A DNA stretch of 41,928 nucleotides, from positions 1 through 41,928 of the forward strand of contig DASXVL010000178.1 of the NCBI GenBank assembly GCA_036504255.1, in the 5' to 3' direction. The notes beneath the pieces were generated by a model, which was not told the origin of the DNA, did no database searches, and saw nothing but the letters and a program-made list of their open reading frames with translations. The number at the start of each line of letters is the position of its first letter. Within the stretch, counting starts at the first letter, position 1. This document shows, in pieces, positions 40,544-41,928 of the stretch. The position numbers were made by a program, and so were the translations under genes. This stretch comes from Armatimonadota bacterium (GTDB lineage Bacteria > Armatimonadota > Hebobacteria > CAIYQO01).

Positions 40544-41746
40544 TTACCGTTCCGCGGGAGTCCACGACTCCACGGCGACCGGGAGCGTATACGGCAGCGT
40601 CAACTCGACTTCCTGTAACGCTTGGGCATAGAGCAGCTCATGGTGTTGAATGATGGCGTTCAGTTCGTACGCTGCCATCTGCTGTTTTCCGGTTTCTCCC
40701 ATGTGACGCGCTTCGGCTGGGTGCGCGAGCAGCCAATCCATGGCCTGCGCCAAGCCCGGAATATCGCCCAGCGTCACCAGCAAACCTGCGCCACCGTGTA
40801 TCAAATCTCGTGTGCCGCGTACATCGGTCCCGATCGCCGGCACGCCAAACGCCAGCGACTCCATGATGCAGCGCGGCAACCCTTCCTGCGAGGACGGTAA
40901 CACCGTGGCATAGGCCGAGCGCACGTAGGCGCGCACGTCGCGACGAAAGCCAAGGAAATGCAGGCGGTCCGCAATGCCGAGCGACGCGGCAAGGCCTTTC
41001 ATCTGTTCCTCAAGGAATCCCGAGCCGGCCAGTACCAAATGCACCTGGCGATTTTCCAGGCGCGCAAATGCTTGCAGCGCATCCGCATGCCGTTTGCGCG
41101 GAATATATTCCGCGACCATCAGCAAATACGGCGTACCCGGCGTAATGCCGAGTGTTTGGTACACCTCGGCGACCGCCTCCGCAGAGATGGCGTCCTGCCG
41201 GTAACGCTGCAAGTCAACGCCGATGCCCGGCATATACATCAAGTGGTCATCCGGCACAAACCGCCCCTTCCGCGCTGACGCTTCGTCTTCACGATTCATC
41301 ACCACCAGGTAATCGGTCCACGCCCCCGCCAGCTTTTCCGTTGCATAGAAGAGCTGATTCTTGGGAAAGGTGCCATGCGGGTGAAAATGGAAGCCATGTG
41401 CCGTATAGATCACCTTTGTCTTTCCCTGGCGACGCAAGCCCTTCAACGCATACCGTGTCACCAGCGCAGCCACCGGGGTATGCACATGCACCAGGTCATA
41501 CCCTTCCTCCGCGACGATGCGGCGCACCTTCTCCGGGGTTTCGCGAAAGTTCATGGGGTCCAGCGGCGAGCGAGACCAGTTCACCTCCCAGACGTGGTTA
41601 AACGGCTCCGCGCACTCAGGAAATGCGGCAATATCGCTGGTCAACGCATCAACTTGCCAGCCTTTCTCGCGAAAATGCCAGGCAAAGGGCATCAGAAAAT
41701 CCCGAAGAAAGCGGGAAATCGTGGAGACCATTAACAAACGTTTCAT
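40544..41746 (-). CDS. GT4-family (group 1) glycosyltransferase
   Basis: GT-B layout. C-terminal signature LPSSQEGLPRCIMESLAFGVPAIGTDVRGTRDLI (EX7E-type motif). Confidence 0.8.
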   Translation of the reverse strand: MKRLLMVSTISRFLRDFLMPFAWHFREKGWQVDALTSDIAAFPECAEPFNHVWEVNWSRSPLDPMNFRETPEKVRRIVAEEGYDLVHVHTPVAALVTRYALKGLRRQGKTKVIYTAHGFHFHPHGTFPKNQLFYATEKLAGAWTDYLVVMNREDEASARKGRFVPDDHLMYMPGIGVDLQRYRQDAISAEAVAEVYQTLGITPGTPYLLMVAEYIPRKRHADALQAFARLENRQVHLVLAGSGFLEEQMKGLAASLGIADRLHFLGFRRDVRAYVRSAYATVLPSSQEGLPRCIMESLAFGVPAIGTDVRGTRDLIHGGAGLLVTLGDIPGLAQAMDWLLAHPAEARHMGETGKQQMAAYELNAIIQHHELLYAQALQEVELTLPYTLPVAVESWTPAER

Positions 41747-41928
41747 CGGTGCAAACCCTATCTCTGCTTACGAAGGGCTACCGGGGGAAGTATGCCATCG
41801 CCCGAGATGCATACGCATCACGGATCTACAATACGAGCGCGAATCGCGCAGGGGGGAACTCTACACGGTCTTAGAAACTGTTTTGAAAGTATCCGTAGCC
41901 GTCTCATGGGTCTTTTTCAGGCCTGGCG

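Noticed and set aside
1-41928. Search for CRISPR arrays, IS elements/transposases, integrases, tRNA/rRNA genes, toxin-antitoxin pairs and phage-defence-type genes.
   Set aside because: I saw no regularly spaced direct repeats and no DDE, tyrosine-recombinase or serine-recombinase signatures in any long ORF. There were no tRNA cloverleaf candidates in the intergenic regions, and no small paired ORFs with toxin-antitoxin character.

Overview
This is a high-GC bacterial chromosomal window: sampled 60-nt lines are about 65% GC in the central genes and about 48-57% at both ends. I call about 24 protein genes. I recognised no rRNA, tRNA, CRISPR array, transposase or integrase. All calls come from motif reading of the supplied translations and the DNA; no database search was possible.

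Gene content, left to right:
- 169-3120 (+): a three-gene pseudopilin / PilX-like operon.
- 3179-4240 (-): an HD-GYP protein with a degenerate receiver domain.
- 4372-5385 (-): an ankyrin-repeat protein.
- 5604-7489 (+): a PAS/HisKA_3 kinase with a LuxR-type regulator.
- 7627-12107 (+): a two-gene [FeFe]-hydrogenase module. It consists of a NuoF-like HydB and a HydA carrying a fused NuoE/HydC domain and non-canonical H-cluster motifs.
- 12326-15561 (+): a translationally coupled pair, a HEAT-repeat protein and a stand-alone HD-GYP protein.
- 15562-16054: a 493-nt hairpin-rich gap between convergent genes.
- 16055-25938 (-): a tightly overlapped six-gene operon. Its order is hybrid kinase, FabF-like ketosynthase, SAM methyltransferase, multi-pass membrane kinase, REC-like/GAF protein with a dead kinase domain, and REC-HD-GYP.
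- 26125-26286: a MITE-like long imperfect palindrome in the divergent promoter region.
- 26468-27457 (+): a porin-like protein.
- 27540-35645 (-): a glycan cluster with a CE7-like esterase, two large unassigned proteins and a GH2 enzyme.
- 35937-38627 (+): a single-chain double M16 peptidase.
- 39026-40441 (+): a TolB-like beta-propeller protein.
- 40544-41746 (-): a GT4 glycosyltransferase.

The best candidate for an undescribed system is the six-gene operon. It looks like a Phc-like module that makes an acyl or methyl-ester signal, senses it, and ends in c-di-GMP hydrolysis. The next most interesting item is the unusual hydrogenase with its flanking signalling genes.
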